DNA of 64,000 nt, taken from NCBI GenBank assembly GCA_051294375.1, contig CM119270.1, positions 15,040,046 through 15,104,045 of the forward strand, given 5' to 3'. Shown piece by piece: positions 15,132 to 26,200 of this stretch. The notes below the pieces were generated by a model that worked only from the letters and a program-made list of their open reading frames with translations, searched no databases and had not been told where the DNA came from. Origin of the DNA: Paraspadella gotoi. Taxonomy: Eukaryota; Animalia; Chaetognatha. How positions within the stretch are numbered: the first letter of the stretch is position 1; the number at the start of each line of letters is the position of its first letter. A program made the position numbers and the translations under genes.

Positions 15132-18100
15132 GTGGTTGATGGGGTCCTTGATGTTGTTGGGATCTTCGTTAACGTCGTGAGGCATGCTGTAGCTGTGATG
15201 CTGCTGTTTCGATTGTGGTCTTTCGAAGTCGTAATTTCGATCTTCGGTTTTAACTTTTAGTAGGTGGCTGTTCGCTGTGGTGCAGATTAGATTTTGTGTG
15301 AGAGGAAGTATGTAACAGAACTCGGTATTATATATACATACTGTGGTTCCGGTTCCGGTTCTCTAATTAACTTTGATCTTTTTCATTCTCAAGGTGAAAA
15401 AAAAATAATTCGAGTTAAAGATTAAAACTTCAATAAACTTTTGTAAAAAATAATCTATTAAAAGTTTCGTCAGTTACTTCACCTTTGATGATGATTGTTT
15501 TCGTTGGCATAAGAACCGGGGCCCAGGGGCAGATAAGAAAACCATATTTGTCAATGTGTTTTAACGTGTTGCCGCTTTATGTCTTTTTCTGTTTGTTTGC
15601 AAACATAAATAAATACACGGCAATGAAACGAGGGACGCATAAAACTCAGGAAACGTCGTAAAAAGAGCATCAGATAAGCGTTGGGCAAATATTTGAAAGT
15701 TTTCATTACCAAACGTTTGTTGACATAAAAGGTAAGTAGATTCTTTAGGTAAGGAGGAAAGTAGGTAACTAGGTAGGATGATGGGTAGTTAGTAGAATTT
15801 TTTAAACAATTCTTATTGTTGTTGTTGTTGTCAGCTGCTGGAGTCTACGTTCTGTTACGAATTCACATGGAACAACGGACTCATGACGTGGGACCCAGAG
15901 GACTTCGACGGGATTTCGAAGGTGAGTCAGAGAAAAAGCAAATATCCGTGAAAGTTTTAATGACATAGAACTTAATAGCCTTACCAATGTGCATACATAA
16001 ATAGGAAATGAAAATGGGAGGAAACGAATCATAAAATGACAGTTTTTTTCTTTTTTGGTACCGAAAATGTTCTGTTTATTCATTCAGTGAATTTTTCTTT
16101 TTTTCTCGAAATTTAACTTGCTAAATCCTGACTCACTTGGTTCCATTTCCGTAACTCCGTCTCTGTGATCGAGTCCCTTTGATTCCGACTCCGTGATTAA
16201 GTCCCAATTCCGTGATTCCTTCCTGCGATGATTTTCCAAGACTCACGTTCACGTTTTTTGATTAATCACTGCTTCGATTTATGAAAGAAAAAAAAATTAG
16301 TAAAAAAAAAAAGTAAAAAACATCGACGCGGAGGCGAAGATTAATTTCAAACCAGAGGAATTTAATTAAAAACCCCCTGAGGAATAAAAAATAATATATT
16401 AAAACGCCGTTGATCGGCTCGGTACGGCGCGGCGCGGCGCGGCATGGCTAGGCCCTGTACGTCAAGGGGAGGTTGGGCATGGCGCGGCGCCGTAAGGAGG
16501 GCGAGGCATTGCACGGCGCTGCAATGGGAGTAACGTCTCTTCGCCCTTTGGCGTCGATACGAGGATTTCCCTCGATTACATAATTTTTTTTTTAGTTTTT
16601 CGAGAGAAAAAAACTAAAAAAATATTCGTCAGTTAATTTCCGTCGAAGATGATGACGCACGAATTTGTCGTTGTTGTTGTGGATTTGAGTCGAGCTCCTT
16701 TTTTTTAAATCATTTAAAATTAAAAAATGAATCAGTTAAAGTTCGTTTTCTTTTCGTTTACGAAATTTTTAAGCAGAGCGACTTAATCAAATAAATAGTA
16801 TAAAGTATGCATATTAACCACTAGTCTAGTAGGTATGACTTTCTCGACCAACTGTTTGCCACTGTTCGCAACATCGACTGTTTGATGGCGAATTGTTACG
16901 AGCGACGAGTCGATTAAGAAAGGCGCGGTCCGCCCACCACATCTCTCACCACAAAAAAACCCACAAAGAAGAAGAGAGAAAATCTCTTTGAAAAGAATGG
17001 AAAATCGACCTCGAAAATCCATTCGCCTTCGCCTTCATTTTTTAGGCGAACGACGACGACGACGAGGACGACGACGACGACGACGATGTCGAAGAGGAAG
17101 AAATATTGAGATGACAACGAAGAAGACGATCATGACAACAAATGATAATGACAAACGTTTGCGGTGATGTGGTAGAGGAAAAAAAATGTGATGCCATGAT
17201 TAGAACCACTCGAAAAATTGTATGTTGTCTCTTCACTTTGGATACGCTTTGGTGCATAAAGACGACAAATATATTGGCGGGTTTGTGGGTTTTAATAAAG
17301 ACAACCATGATGACAAAAACGAGGGATGCAGAGGACACGATGACATATTCAGGGATGACAATGATTACAATGCGTGGGATGCGATGACAATGATGACAAC
17401 GATAGATCGCTGGCTTTAAAAAAAAAACCGATAAATGCGGTAACTGAAAAAAAAAACATGATGAACAAAGACAACCGCAAAAGCGACGATTTCTCGAGCT
17501 GTTGGTTATTGGTTGTTGGCTAATGGCTATTGGTTGGCTATTGGCTGTTAACTAGTTTATATTGGCCAATGGCTGTCGCCTAAATTACAACGATAAATGC
17601 GATCAGAAGACGAAATTTGTCTCCAAATCCTTTCTTTTTTTCTTTTTTTTTTGCCGAGATGGGATTTTCTGGTGGAGATTGGAATCCGGCGCCGATTAAC
17701 CTCCGATCCGCCCATCCGCCTCCATTCNNNNNNNNNNNNNNNNNNNNNNNNNNNNNNNNNNNNNNNNNNNNNNNNNNNNNNNNNNNNNNNNNNNNNNNNN
17801 NNNNNNNNNNNNNNNNNNNNNNNNNNNNNNNNNNNNNNNNNNNNNNNNNNNNNNNNNNNNNNNNNNNNNNNNNNNNNNNNNNNNNNNNNNNNNNNNNNNN
17901 NNNNNNNNNNNNNNNNNNNNNNNNNNNNNNNNNNNNNNNNNNNNNNNNNNNNNNNNNNNNNNNNNNNNNNNNNNNNNNNNNNNNNNNNNNNNNNNNNNNN
18001 NNNNNNNNNNNNNNNNNNNNNNNNNNNNNNNNNNNNNNNNNNNNNNNNNNNNNNNNNNNNNNNNNNNNNNNNNNNNNNNNNNNNNNNNNNNNNNNNNNNN

Positions 18101-19131
18101 NNNNNNNNNNNNNNNNNNNNNNNNNNNNNNNNNNNNNNNNNNNNNNNNNNNNNNNNNNNNNGAAAAAAAAATTTCAGACCCTCCCTTTTGTGGGTCGACA
18201 TTGACGTATTAGGCAACCTGGTCACCATTTAACGTTTACTGATATGGTGACCATAAACCCACCAGGTCAACATGCCAGTCGTCGACATGTGGAGACCAGA
18301 CGTTGTTCTCCTAAACACTGCGGGTCAGATGCTCAATTTCCAACAGAAGGTATCGTAATATATGATAATATATTCATAAGAATTATTAGTGTTAAAAATT
18401 TTGTCATGGGATGTACAAGTGGATTTTTAATTATTTTTTTGGGGGGGATAATATATCGATTCCAATGAACGAATCAATGCATTCCAGAGTAAAAATGATA
18501 TAAAAATATTTGAATCAAAATATTGAAAATTGAAATATTGAATATTGAATATTGAAAAACTCTTGTATATGAATTATAAAAACTTTAAACGATTTAAATT
18601 CTTATTAAATTACATTATTCTTGTTTAATGTTAATATCTAGTATCCGTGAGTTTTTGTCTATCATTATTTATTGTTTCATCGTCATATCTTGCCAATCTA
18701 ACGCCAGGGCGACTTTTACGCCAACGTGGAAAAGTCCGGCATCGTGTATTGGGCTCCTTCGATCACGACCAAGAGCATCTGTGAAGTTGAGATCACTTAC
18801 TTTCCCTTCGATGAGCAAGTGAGTCGAGCAAGTTACCTTTTCATTAGAACGTTAATAAACTCAGGAAAAGGAATCCTAGGAGTCGCGTTATAAAAAAACA
18901 AAAAAAAAAACCGGTTTTTTATTCCATTTTCTGTTTCCGTTTTCCAAGCGTTTAATTTTCTCTGATCTCACGCTTCCCCTTCTTAATTCTTTTCTCCCTC
19001 TTCAGAAATGCAGTCTTCAGTTTTCAACTTGGATGCACGACGAATCCGAGATCGATCTGCAGTTGAAACACAATTACGTCGAAACCTACGCCTTCGTCAC
19101 CAACACGGGGTGAGAGAGATAGTGATAAGAT

Positions 19132-19204
<73 letters not shown>

Positions 19205-22200
19205 CTGACGAGATTGATACGAACGCAGCCAGAACTGAAAAGCAGCGATGGACGAACTGAAAACTAAAGGTTTCAGTTAAGTCAACACCGAAAGAGGATT
19301 CATTGAATGGCTTGAGTGGAGCGTGATGAAGGCTGAAAGCGCTGGAGCTAAGTGAAGTGAGCGCGGGAGCTAAGTGATGAGAACGTAGGAGCGGAAAGAG
19401 TTCGACGTGATTCGAGGAAAGAACCGCGAATCAAAAACCTATTTACGAATGGGAATAAAATGGCGGCGAAGGAAATTTTAAAAAAATATACGTTTTTATG
19501 CGAATGCAACAAGATTGATTCAGTAAGTCTGCAAAATGCGTTTAAAAGAAGAGGGAGGGAGAAAAAATAATAATAATAATAAGGCAATAATAGTAAACAA
19601 TATTTAAAATTGTTTTCATGTCGTAAAAAATGTCGGCGCCTTTTGATGAAACCCGGATAAATTGGAGCCACTCGATTTATGGCGGGAAAATTAAAAAAAA
19701 AAAGAGAAAAAATCTGATCCTTTTAATCAAAGATTTTTCCCCACCTACCCCTACTCCTCACAAACGCCCACATGTCCCATCCAAAACCACCCGTGACACA
19801 GCTGGGACATCACCAACACGACGGCGGAGAGGAAAACGGCCAAGTATCCGTGTTGCGAAGTGCCTTACTCGCAACTCTACTATCACATGCACATGAAGCG
19901 AAAACCCGTGCTGCAGATCTTCCAGATCGTTATGCCTTGCATGCTGCTGTGAGTAGGAATCAAGGGAATGTGGTGGAACGAGAGAAAAATATGTAGTCCT
20001 AAAAGTAAAAAAAAAAGTTTCATGTTGTGATAATTAACAATACAATAAAATAACCCGATCCAGTTTTTACAAATAAAATTGTTCTAAGTACTGTTGCCGT
20101 TTATTTATCGAACGCACCTTCACCCTCCTTACCCCCCCCAGCCTACGCCCTGACCCTGACCTCTTTTTGGCTGCCCCAAGACTCCTGCGGGCAAAGCCTC
20201 CTCTGGCGACGACCATCTTCTTGGCTCTTTGCGTCCAACTGCTCGTCGTCGCCGAAGATACATCCGTCCGCCTCCTCCGTCCCCATTATTGGCATCTACT
20301 ACGCCATGAACAGTGGAGAGAAGAAAAGGGTGGGGTGGGTGGGAGAGGAGTGGGGGTGGGTGGAATGAGGGGATCGGGAGTTAGAGAAGAGAGAAGCGGC
20401 AGATTGAAAGGATAGACGAAAAGGAATTTAAAATGAGAGAAGAGGAAGAATGAAAAAAAAAAATCAGAATAACAAACTAATTCATACTAAATTAGAAAAA
20501 ATGGAAAAAATATAAGGAAAGAGAGTTAAAAACAAATTTCAAGAAAATAAAAATAAAACGGGAAAGAAAATCGGAGTGAAAACAAAATATTTTTTTTTTT
20601 AAGAAAAAAAAAGAGAAACATAATACTTACTGGAGTGGTCTTTTCATACAATTGAAACATTCTTTGAAATATTTTCCACTTCATTGATAGGGAAGCCAGG
20701 TACTCTGGGAGTGAATAAACGAGACTGTGAGAGAGTCTTGATTGAAAGCTTGTCATTATCTTGTAAGAGTGATGGAGGCCTTAAACCACCAAAGCCTGTC
20801 TAAAGTCAGGGGCAAGATAGCTTATTTATTAAATGAATGGATAATTTTTATATTGGTTGTACCAATTTCATAGGAATAAATTAAAAAAAGATATAAAGAA
20901 ACAAAGGAACAATAAGAGTCCCCTTTTGCATTTCCCCCATCAGCATTCTCTCCGCACTGGCGGTGATGTCCTCCGTTCTGGTGCTGCACACCAAGTATCA
21001 AGGAACGACGAAACGTCCCGTCCCTTATTGGCTCACCGTCGTTCTGAGGCATTTGTGTCCCAGGTGAATCGTTGATTGATTGATTGATAGTTTAGCGAGC
21101 GATTGATTCGTTTTCGATTGAATGGCGTTTGATTGATTTAATCTCTCGAAAGGAATTAATCTAAATTGTTGGTGGTTAATTTGCTCACGATTGATATGCT
21201 GTCCGATGTGGACAAAACTGGACATGCATCCGTGATAATCTAACCCCTTTTTAGGGTTACTTTTGAAGGGCGTAGCTTTTCTAAATTAGATCCTCTCAAT
21301 TTACATTCGCTGTCTATCCTTATTTGTTTATCCTAATTTTTATCTTTCTCTTTTTCATATTTCCAAAACCCAGCGGCCTGCAAAACGCCCGTCTAGGTTC
21401 GGCCAAAGACGTCCGCATGCATTTCCTCAACAGCAACCGCAACTACGCCTACGGGATCGACTCAAACTCTAACTCACCCATCCACAAACCGTCACCAGCA
21501 GCAGCAATCATTCAAGCCCACCCAGCCGGCCAGTATTCTAGCCCCATTCTCGCCTAACGATGGACAGGTAGGAGAGAGAGAAGAGGAAGAGGAGAGAGAG
21601 AGAGAGGAGAGACGAGAGGAGGACGAGAGAGAAGATGAGAAGAGAGAGAGAGAGAGAGACGATAAACTACAATTCGATAAAAAAAAGATGGGGAAAATAA
21701 CAAAAATTAATATAATAAAACCAAACTTTGCATATTGTTTAATCGGCAGGCGAATCGAAAAGATAGAAGAAATTATGAAGAGAAAAGTTCAAGAGGAACA
21801 AGACCATTCGGAGAAGCAGAGATCTGAAGAAGCGCTGAGGTAATTTCTCCGAAGAGTTTTAATGTTGAACTAATTGAATTAATTGTAGAGAAGCAATACG
21901 TCGCATGTTACGATCGGCTAAAAAAATTAAATGAGGCTTTAAATACTAATGTAGATATACTTACACACCCGCGTTAATGCTTGGTTTTCCCCCAGATTCC
22001 CTTTTACTAAAACAACTAATCGTTTATCGCTTTATAACCGCTTCAATCGCTTTTGTTGCTTTACTCGCTTTGTATGTATTTTCTAATCGCGCTGCGTCTA
22101 TCATTGCTTTTCCTCTTTCTCTTTTTCTTTTCTTCTCCAATCTCCAAAACTGCGCTATTTTAATCCTCCCAAAAAACCATCCAGACAAAAATGGAGTCTT

Positions 22201-22284
22201 TTAGCTCAACTCATAGATCGAGCCTGCTTCATTATTTACCTTTGCATCCTCTCTGTTTCTCCGCTGATTATGTTGAGGCTGTGA
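14826..22284 (+). CDS. Nicotinic acetylcholine receptor alpha-like subunit (Cys-loop pentameric ligand-gated ion channel), multi-exon gene; loop-A exon not visible; several apparent 1-nt indels
   Basis: Manually spliced GT-AG exons give signal peptide, RPV motif, DEKHQ, WxxxxxxWDPEDFDGI, Cys-loop C-EVEITYFPFDEQK-C (13 residues between Cys), loop B FSTWMHD, loop C YPCCEVPY (vicinal Cys marks alpha subunits), M1-M3, an MA-like helix and M4 preceded by W..AQLIDR. Splice phases are consistent apart from the indels noted for individual exons. Confidence 0.95.
15835..15921 (+). CDS. nAChR exon 2 (loop D region): LLESTFCYEFTWNNGLMTWDPEDFDGISK
   Basis: tcag| acceptor, |gtgagt donor, 87 nt, phase 0-0; matches the W-x-D-x-x-L-x-W-D-P-x-x-(Y/F)-x-G-I motif. 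Confidence 0.93.
17728..18161. other. Assembly gap inside the nAChR gene, likely hiding exon 3 (loop A, WxPD motif)
   Basis: Roughly 25-30 aa are missing between exons 2 and 4; a C/T-rich tract runs into the gap. Confidence 0.6.
18708..18818 (+). CDS. nAChR exon 4 (loop E and first half of Cys-loop): GDFYANVEKSGIVYWAPSITTKSICEVEITYFPFDEQ
   Basis: ccag| acceptor, |gtgagt donor, 111 nt; FPFD signature. Confidence 0.95.
19006..19109 (+). CDS. nAChR exon 5 (end of Cys-loop, loop B): KCSLQFSTWMHDESEIDLQLKHNYVETYAFVTNTG
   Basis: Pyrimidine tract and tcag| acceptor; GG|gtgaga donor (phase 2). Confidence 0.95.
19135..19204. repeat. (GAT)n microsatellite in nAChR intron
   Basis: Perfect trinucleotide tract about 25 nt downstream of the exon 5 donor. 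Confidence 0.95.
19802..19948 (+). CDS. nAChR exon 6 (loop C, start of M1): WDITNTTAERKTAKYPCCEVPYSQLYYHMHMKRKPVLQIFQIVMPCML
   Basis: acag|C completes Gly (phase 2); YxCC motif; the conserved M1 PC; CT|gtgagt donor. Confidence 0.95.
20142..20312 (+). CDS. nAChR exon 7 (end of M1, M2, M2-M3 loop, start of M3), homology split over two frames
   Basis: The frame starting at 20144 gives YALTLTSFWLPQDSCG... and IHPSASSVPIIGIYYAMN. The frame starting at 20143 gives M2 AKPPLATTIFLALCVQLLVVAE. ccccag| acceptor; weak |gtggag donor. Confidence 0.85.
20621..20871 (-). repeat. ~250-bp dispersed repeat, copy in nAChR intron
   Basis: Reverse complement aligns with 40003-40279 and 41088-41320 (core GACAGGCTTTGGTGGTTTAAGGCCTCCATCAC). 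Confidence 0.9.
20944..21063 (+). CDS. nAChR exon 8 (M3 and MX): ILSALAVMSSVLVLHTKYQGTTKRPVPYWLTVVLRHLCP
   Basis: tcag| acceptor, AG|gtgaat donor, 120 nt; VLVLH and VPxW motifs typical after M3. Confidence 0.93.
21374..21567 (+). CDS. nAChR exon 9 (intracellular loop): GLQNARLGSAKDVRMHFLNSNRNYAYGIDSNSNSPIHKPSP...
   Basis: ccag| acceptor in the matching phase; AG|gtagga donor. As written there is an in-frame TAA at 21555-21557; one extra base near 21550 restores ...PILRLTMDR in phase with the next exon. Confidence 0.72.
21750..21839 (+). CDS. nAChR exon 10 (MA helix): RIEKIEEIMKRKVQEEQDHSEKQRSEEALR
   Basis: gcag| acceptor, AG|gtaatt donor, 90 nt, phase 2-2; charged amphipathic helix just before M4. 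Confidence 0.82.
22185..22284 (+). CDS. nAChR terminal exon 11a (M4): QKWSLLAQLIDRACFIIYLCILSVSPLIMLRL*
   Basis: ccag|A (phase 2), intact frame, W-x-x-x-A-x-x-I-D-R pre-M4 motif, TGA at 22282-22284; ATTAAA at 22431-22436. Confidence 0.93.
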
Positions 22285-22737
22285 CAACGCCGGAAAAAAA
22301 ATGTATAATCCAATATACCTCGTAGAGTCACTGATATATATGTACTTTTTTAAAAATAATATTCATTCTGTTCATTTCGTTTTGTTTATTTTCGCCGAGT
22401 AAAAAATATCTTCATTCGTTTTATTTATTTATTAAAAATTAAAACCATACGCGACGTTATCGTGTCCGTGATTTAATCTATATTTCGTACGACTTTAATA
22501 ATCTTCACAAAGACCAATTTGTTTTTATTTTTTCAGTCCCATGAATGAAGCGTTAGTCATCCACGTCTCCGTTTTGCATCGCATGACTCTTGGAAGAAAT
22601 CGTCATTTTACTAATTCATTTTTTTAAATTTTATTTTACAATTATTTACATTTTCTCCTCGTCCTTTCTCACGCCAATCCAGCCCGTTCGCAACTCTCCT
22701 TTCTCCATTCTCACTTCCTCTTTTTTCCTTTCTCCTT

Positions 22738-22870
22738 TCCTCCCCCCCACCCTCTACTCCTCCCCCCACCCCTCTACTCCTCCGCCCCACCGCCTACTCC
22801 TACCCCCTACCCTCTACTCCTCCCTCCACCCCTACTCCTCCCCCCACCCTCTACCCTCCCCCCCACCCCC
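22738..22870. repeat. C-rich ~20-bp tandem repeat (CCTCCCCCCACCCTCTACT)n upstream of exon 11b
   Basis: About six imperfect units directly before the 11b acceptor. Confidence 0.8.
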
Positions 22871-22890
22871 TTCCTCCTCCTCCTCCCCAG

Positions 22891-22996
22891 ACAAGAGTGG
22901 CGGTTTGATCGCTCAACTCATTGACAGATTTTGCTTCATCCTCTACATTTGCGTCTTGACTCTTTTCCGCCGATCATCATCTCCGTCCCCAATTGA
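22891..22996 (+). CDS. Duplicate terminal exon 11b (second M4): QEWRLIAQLIDRFCFILYICVLTL(F/S)PPIIISVPN*
   Basis: Long C-rich tract and ccccag|A CAA in the same phase as 11a; 15/24 residues identical to 11a. Needs one T removed in the TTT after CGG (~22904) and probably one base added near 22966. Confidence 0.7.
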
Positions 22997-23256
22997 TTAA
23001 TGCAATATATGATTAATTAACATACTAACGCGCAAACGTTCTAATAACTTTAAATATTGCTTACGACGTAATTTAGCTACTTTTAGACAATTGTTAGACA
23101 AGCGGGGTTTTTTTCTCAAGGGTTTTTACAGGGTCATTGACGGCGTGCAAACTTGGTTGGGTTTGCGGAAGAGCATCTTTTTTAGCATCTCCGCCGTGAT
23201 TTTTTTTCTTTCTTCTTTCTTTCTTTCTTTCTTCTTCTTTTCTCTTAATCTTTCCT

Positions 23257-23290
<34 letters not shown>

Positions 23291-26200
23291 GTCTTTCTTT
23301 CTTTATCTTTCTGCTATCATCTTTCTTTCTAAATTGTTCTTTCTTTTTTCTTCTATTTAACGTATCTTATTTTAACCACCTGCACCTCCGCTTCCGGTTT
23401 CTACTCTAACGGTTTACAGAACCAACGTCAGAAAACGAAAGAACCGCAAATTGACTGGACTTTTCTCGTCAGCCCTCCTAATTTTTTCCGCCGACAAAGA
23501 AACGAAAAATTTTGCTGAATATTTTATCCGACTCGTTGCATGGAAAAAACAGATGAAGGTCCGTTATCAAAAACGGAAACGCGAAAGGCGACTATTAATT
23601 TGTGTGTTCCGGACCGAAAATGACTCATGACTAATGCCGTAACATATGACATGAGACATTATGAGATAGACCGACAAATTAATAAAAACGACCATGTTTA
23701 ATTCCGGCGAAGAAAGGTGTTCTGTGTAATCGAAAAATTACCAAATCTTCGCCTGACCAGTGTCTTTTTTTTAATTATATTAAATTTGTGATGTTTATTA
23801 TTCAAAAATTTAGTTGACAGTTTTTACTTGCGATTGTAAGGGCCAATCTTTTAAATTAAAGGGTTTGCAAGCGGAAAAAATATATATATGAGTTCAAAAT
23901 ATCTTTGAAATATGCTTTTCAGCCCATTCATTTTTAAAAAAATTTATTTTATTTAAACATGACCGAAAAGAGTTTCTTTTCTCCTATAATAATTAGTAAG
24001 AATTGAATAAACTTTAATATTTTAACGAAGATCGGCTGTACGTAATTTTCTCTCATTGCTATATTGTATTAAAAAATACTAATCCCGCCATGAGCCGAAA
24101 GTGTTTGATATTTTACCGTGCCACAGTTTTTGACTATTCAGTTCACAGCATATGACAAATTACAATTTGATATTTGCCGTTTACACTTGTTTTGCAACAA
24201 TCTCAGCACAGTTGACTTCATCTCAGCACAATGGACTTGATGTGCCTATGCCTGTAATTGGGCTTGATTTAAAAATACATTTGTTTTCGGATTTGTTATG
24301 TAAATTGTTGAATTTTATCGATTCAATTCTTAAAGGAAAATATATGTCGCTATTAATGCCGTTGGCGCAAAATAAATCAAACTGAATTTAACCATCGCGA
24401 CAAAATTATTTGGAAATATTATTTAAGTTATTCTCTTGTAAACTGAAACATTAATCAGCTGAATTAGTTCTCGTTAGGTATTAGAACATAAAGCTATTAG
24501 ATGCTTTATGAACTCATTAAGACAAAACAAAACAGTAGGATAATAGAATCTGTCTTTTTTATCAGATTTAAAAAAAAAAAAAAACTGAAGCACAAACGAA
24601 TTAAATTCTAACACTTATTTAATTAACGCATTCAATATATAAAAGTTGTACGGAAATATCTTTTTGATCAAATTAACATATTTTCTTTTTAACATAATAA
24701 AGCCAATAGCTTTTATTCTACATTAACCACATTAATACGAAATTTTTATATTTTCACTTCGTTCTTTGACGATACATTTCCAACGTGTCATTTTATGTTC
24801 TACAAGTAGTATCTTTGATTATTTTTACTTGCATCAACAGTGCCTGTTGTTTTTCTTTTCTCCTAACAGATTCTCTTATCAATTAAAACCAATCAGAAAC
24901 ATGCGATTTAAAAAAAAACAAACTTATCAAACGAAAACTTTGGTACAACCGACCTGCAGAGAGATGTTTTGAAATCTGCCATAAAGAAAAACTTTGAACT
25001 TCATATTTCCCCTCGCAAGTTTGACATTTTCTTCACCAGGTGAGTTTTTTATGTTCACTTTGAGATTTTTTTTTCTTAAAATCAAGAAAAAAAATTTTGG
25101 GGGTTCAACCACGTCAAATTTTTATTAACAAACATGTTTCGACTATGGTGATATTGTCAATTTGTGCTGATGACGGCTCTCACAAGATAAAAAATATGAA
25201 TGAAGCATTATGAAGATAATCGATATAAACAAAAGAAAAACAAATGATTTTTTTTCTATATTGGGTTGTTTTGTCTGCCTGACGTGTGTTTTCCTGTCTT
25301 TGAATTAGTCTATTTAATCTTGTAAACGTTTTCCGGAGGCGGCTTACTCATAGGCCCTACTCTAAAACTCTCCAGCTCTTCTCCCTCTTCGTGCCGGCCT
25401 TATCCGCCAGTTCAAACGGAAATCATTTAAACAGGAAAGAGAAAACAATTAAATGAATATGACAATGTCAATTATGAATCAGATAACGAAAAACGACGAC
25501 GAGGCCGACGACGACGACGACGACGACGACGTATGTTCCGGTCTTCTTCCGGGTTTGAGATCTGCTCAGGGATTAAGTAATCACTGATCCGAAGATGTGA
25601 ATGGAGGAGAAAGAGAGACAGTGAAGTCAGCGGTGGTATTGGTGGTTTAAGGGGTGGGAGGAGGTAGTGTAAGAGATGATAAGGGGTGGTAATGGTTGGC
25701 AAGGGTTGGTAAGGAATTTGCGGAGGAATTTATTCAAGACAAGAAAATCCGAAGACCAAAAAAAAGGATTTTCGTCTCGGGAGATTTTGCTCCGCGGGTC
25801 CGACGAGTTAAAAGGAACAAAAAGATTCACGATTTTACACGAGACGATTGTATTGTCTCTTNNNNNNNNNNNNNNNNNNNNNNNNNTATTTCTTTCTTCT
25901 CTCTCTTCTCCTCATCATCTTGTTTATCTCTCTCATCACGTGGATCATCAAATAGTCTCTTTCTCTCCTCTCTCCCTCTTTCTCATATCCTCCTCGTCTC
26001 TCTCCGTCTTTCATCTCTCTCATCTCTCTCTTCTCCTCTCTCTCTCTCTCTCTCTTCTCTGCCAGATCCTCCTCTCTCCATATCTCTATTTCTTTTTCTC
26101 AAGTAAATATTACGTGAGGTCGGGGGATTTTTTTGTCATCGAACAGATGGTTTTAAAATGACTTGTCAGAAAGGAAAGGAAATGTTTTAGCTAGAATTGT

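Noticed and set aside
17659-17727. ag|A TGG GAT TTT... (WDFLVEIGIRRR) as an alternative copy of exon 6
   Set aside because: It lies upstream of exons 4-5, so the order is wrong, and similarity is limited to WD.
14826-22284. nAChR as a pseudogene or programmed-frameshift gene
   Set aside because: The disruptions are 1-nt indels of the kind seen between the duplicated non-coding copies; most exons are intact with conserved motifs. Sequencing error is the simpler explanation.
23856-25140. AT-rich, microsatellite-free block beginning TTAA-AGGGTTTGCAAG as another Kolobok element
   Set aside because: No matching right-hand TIR found.
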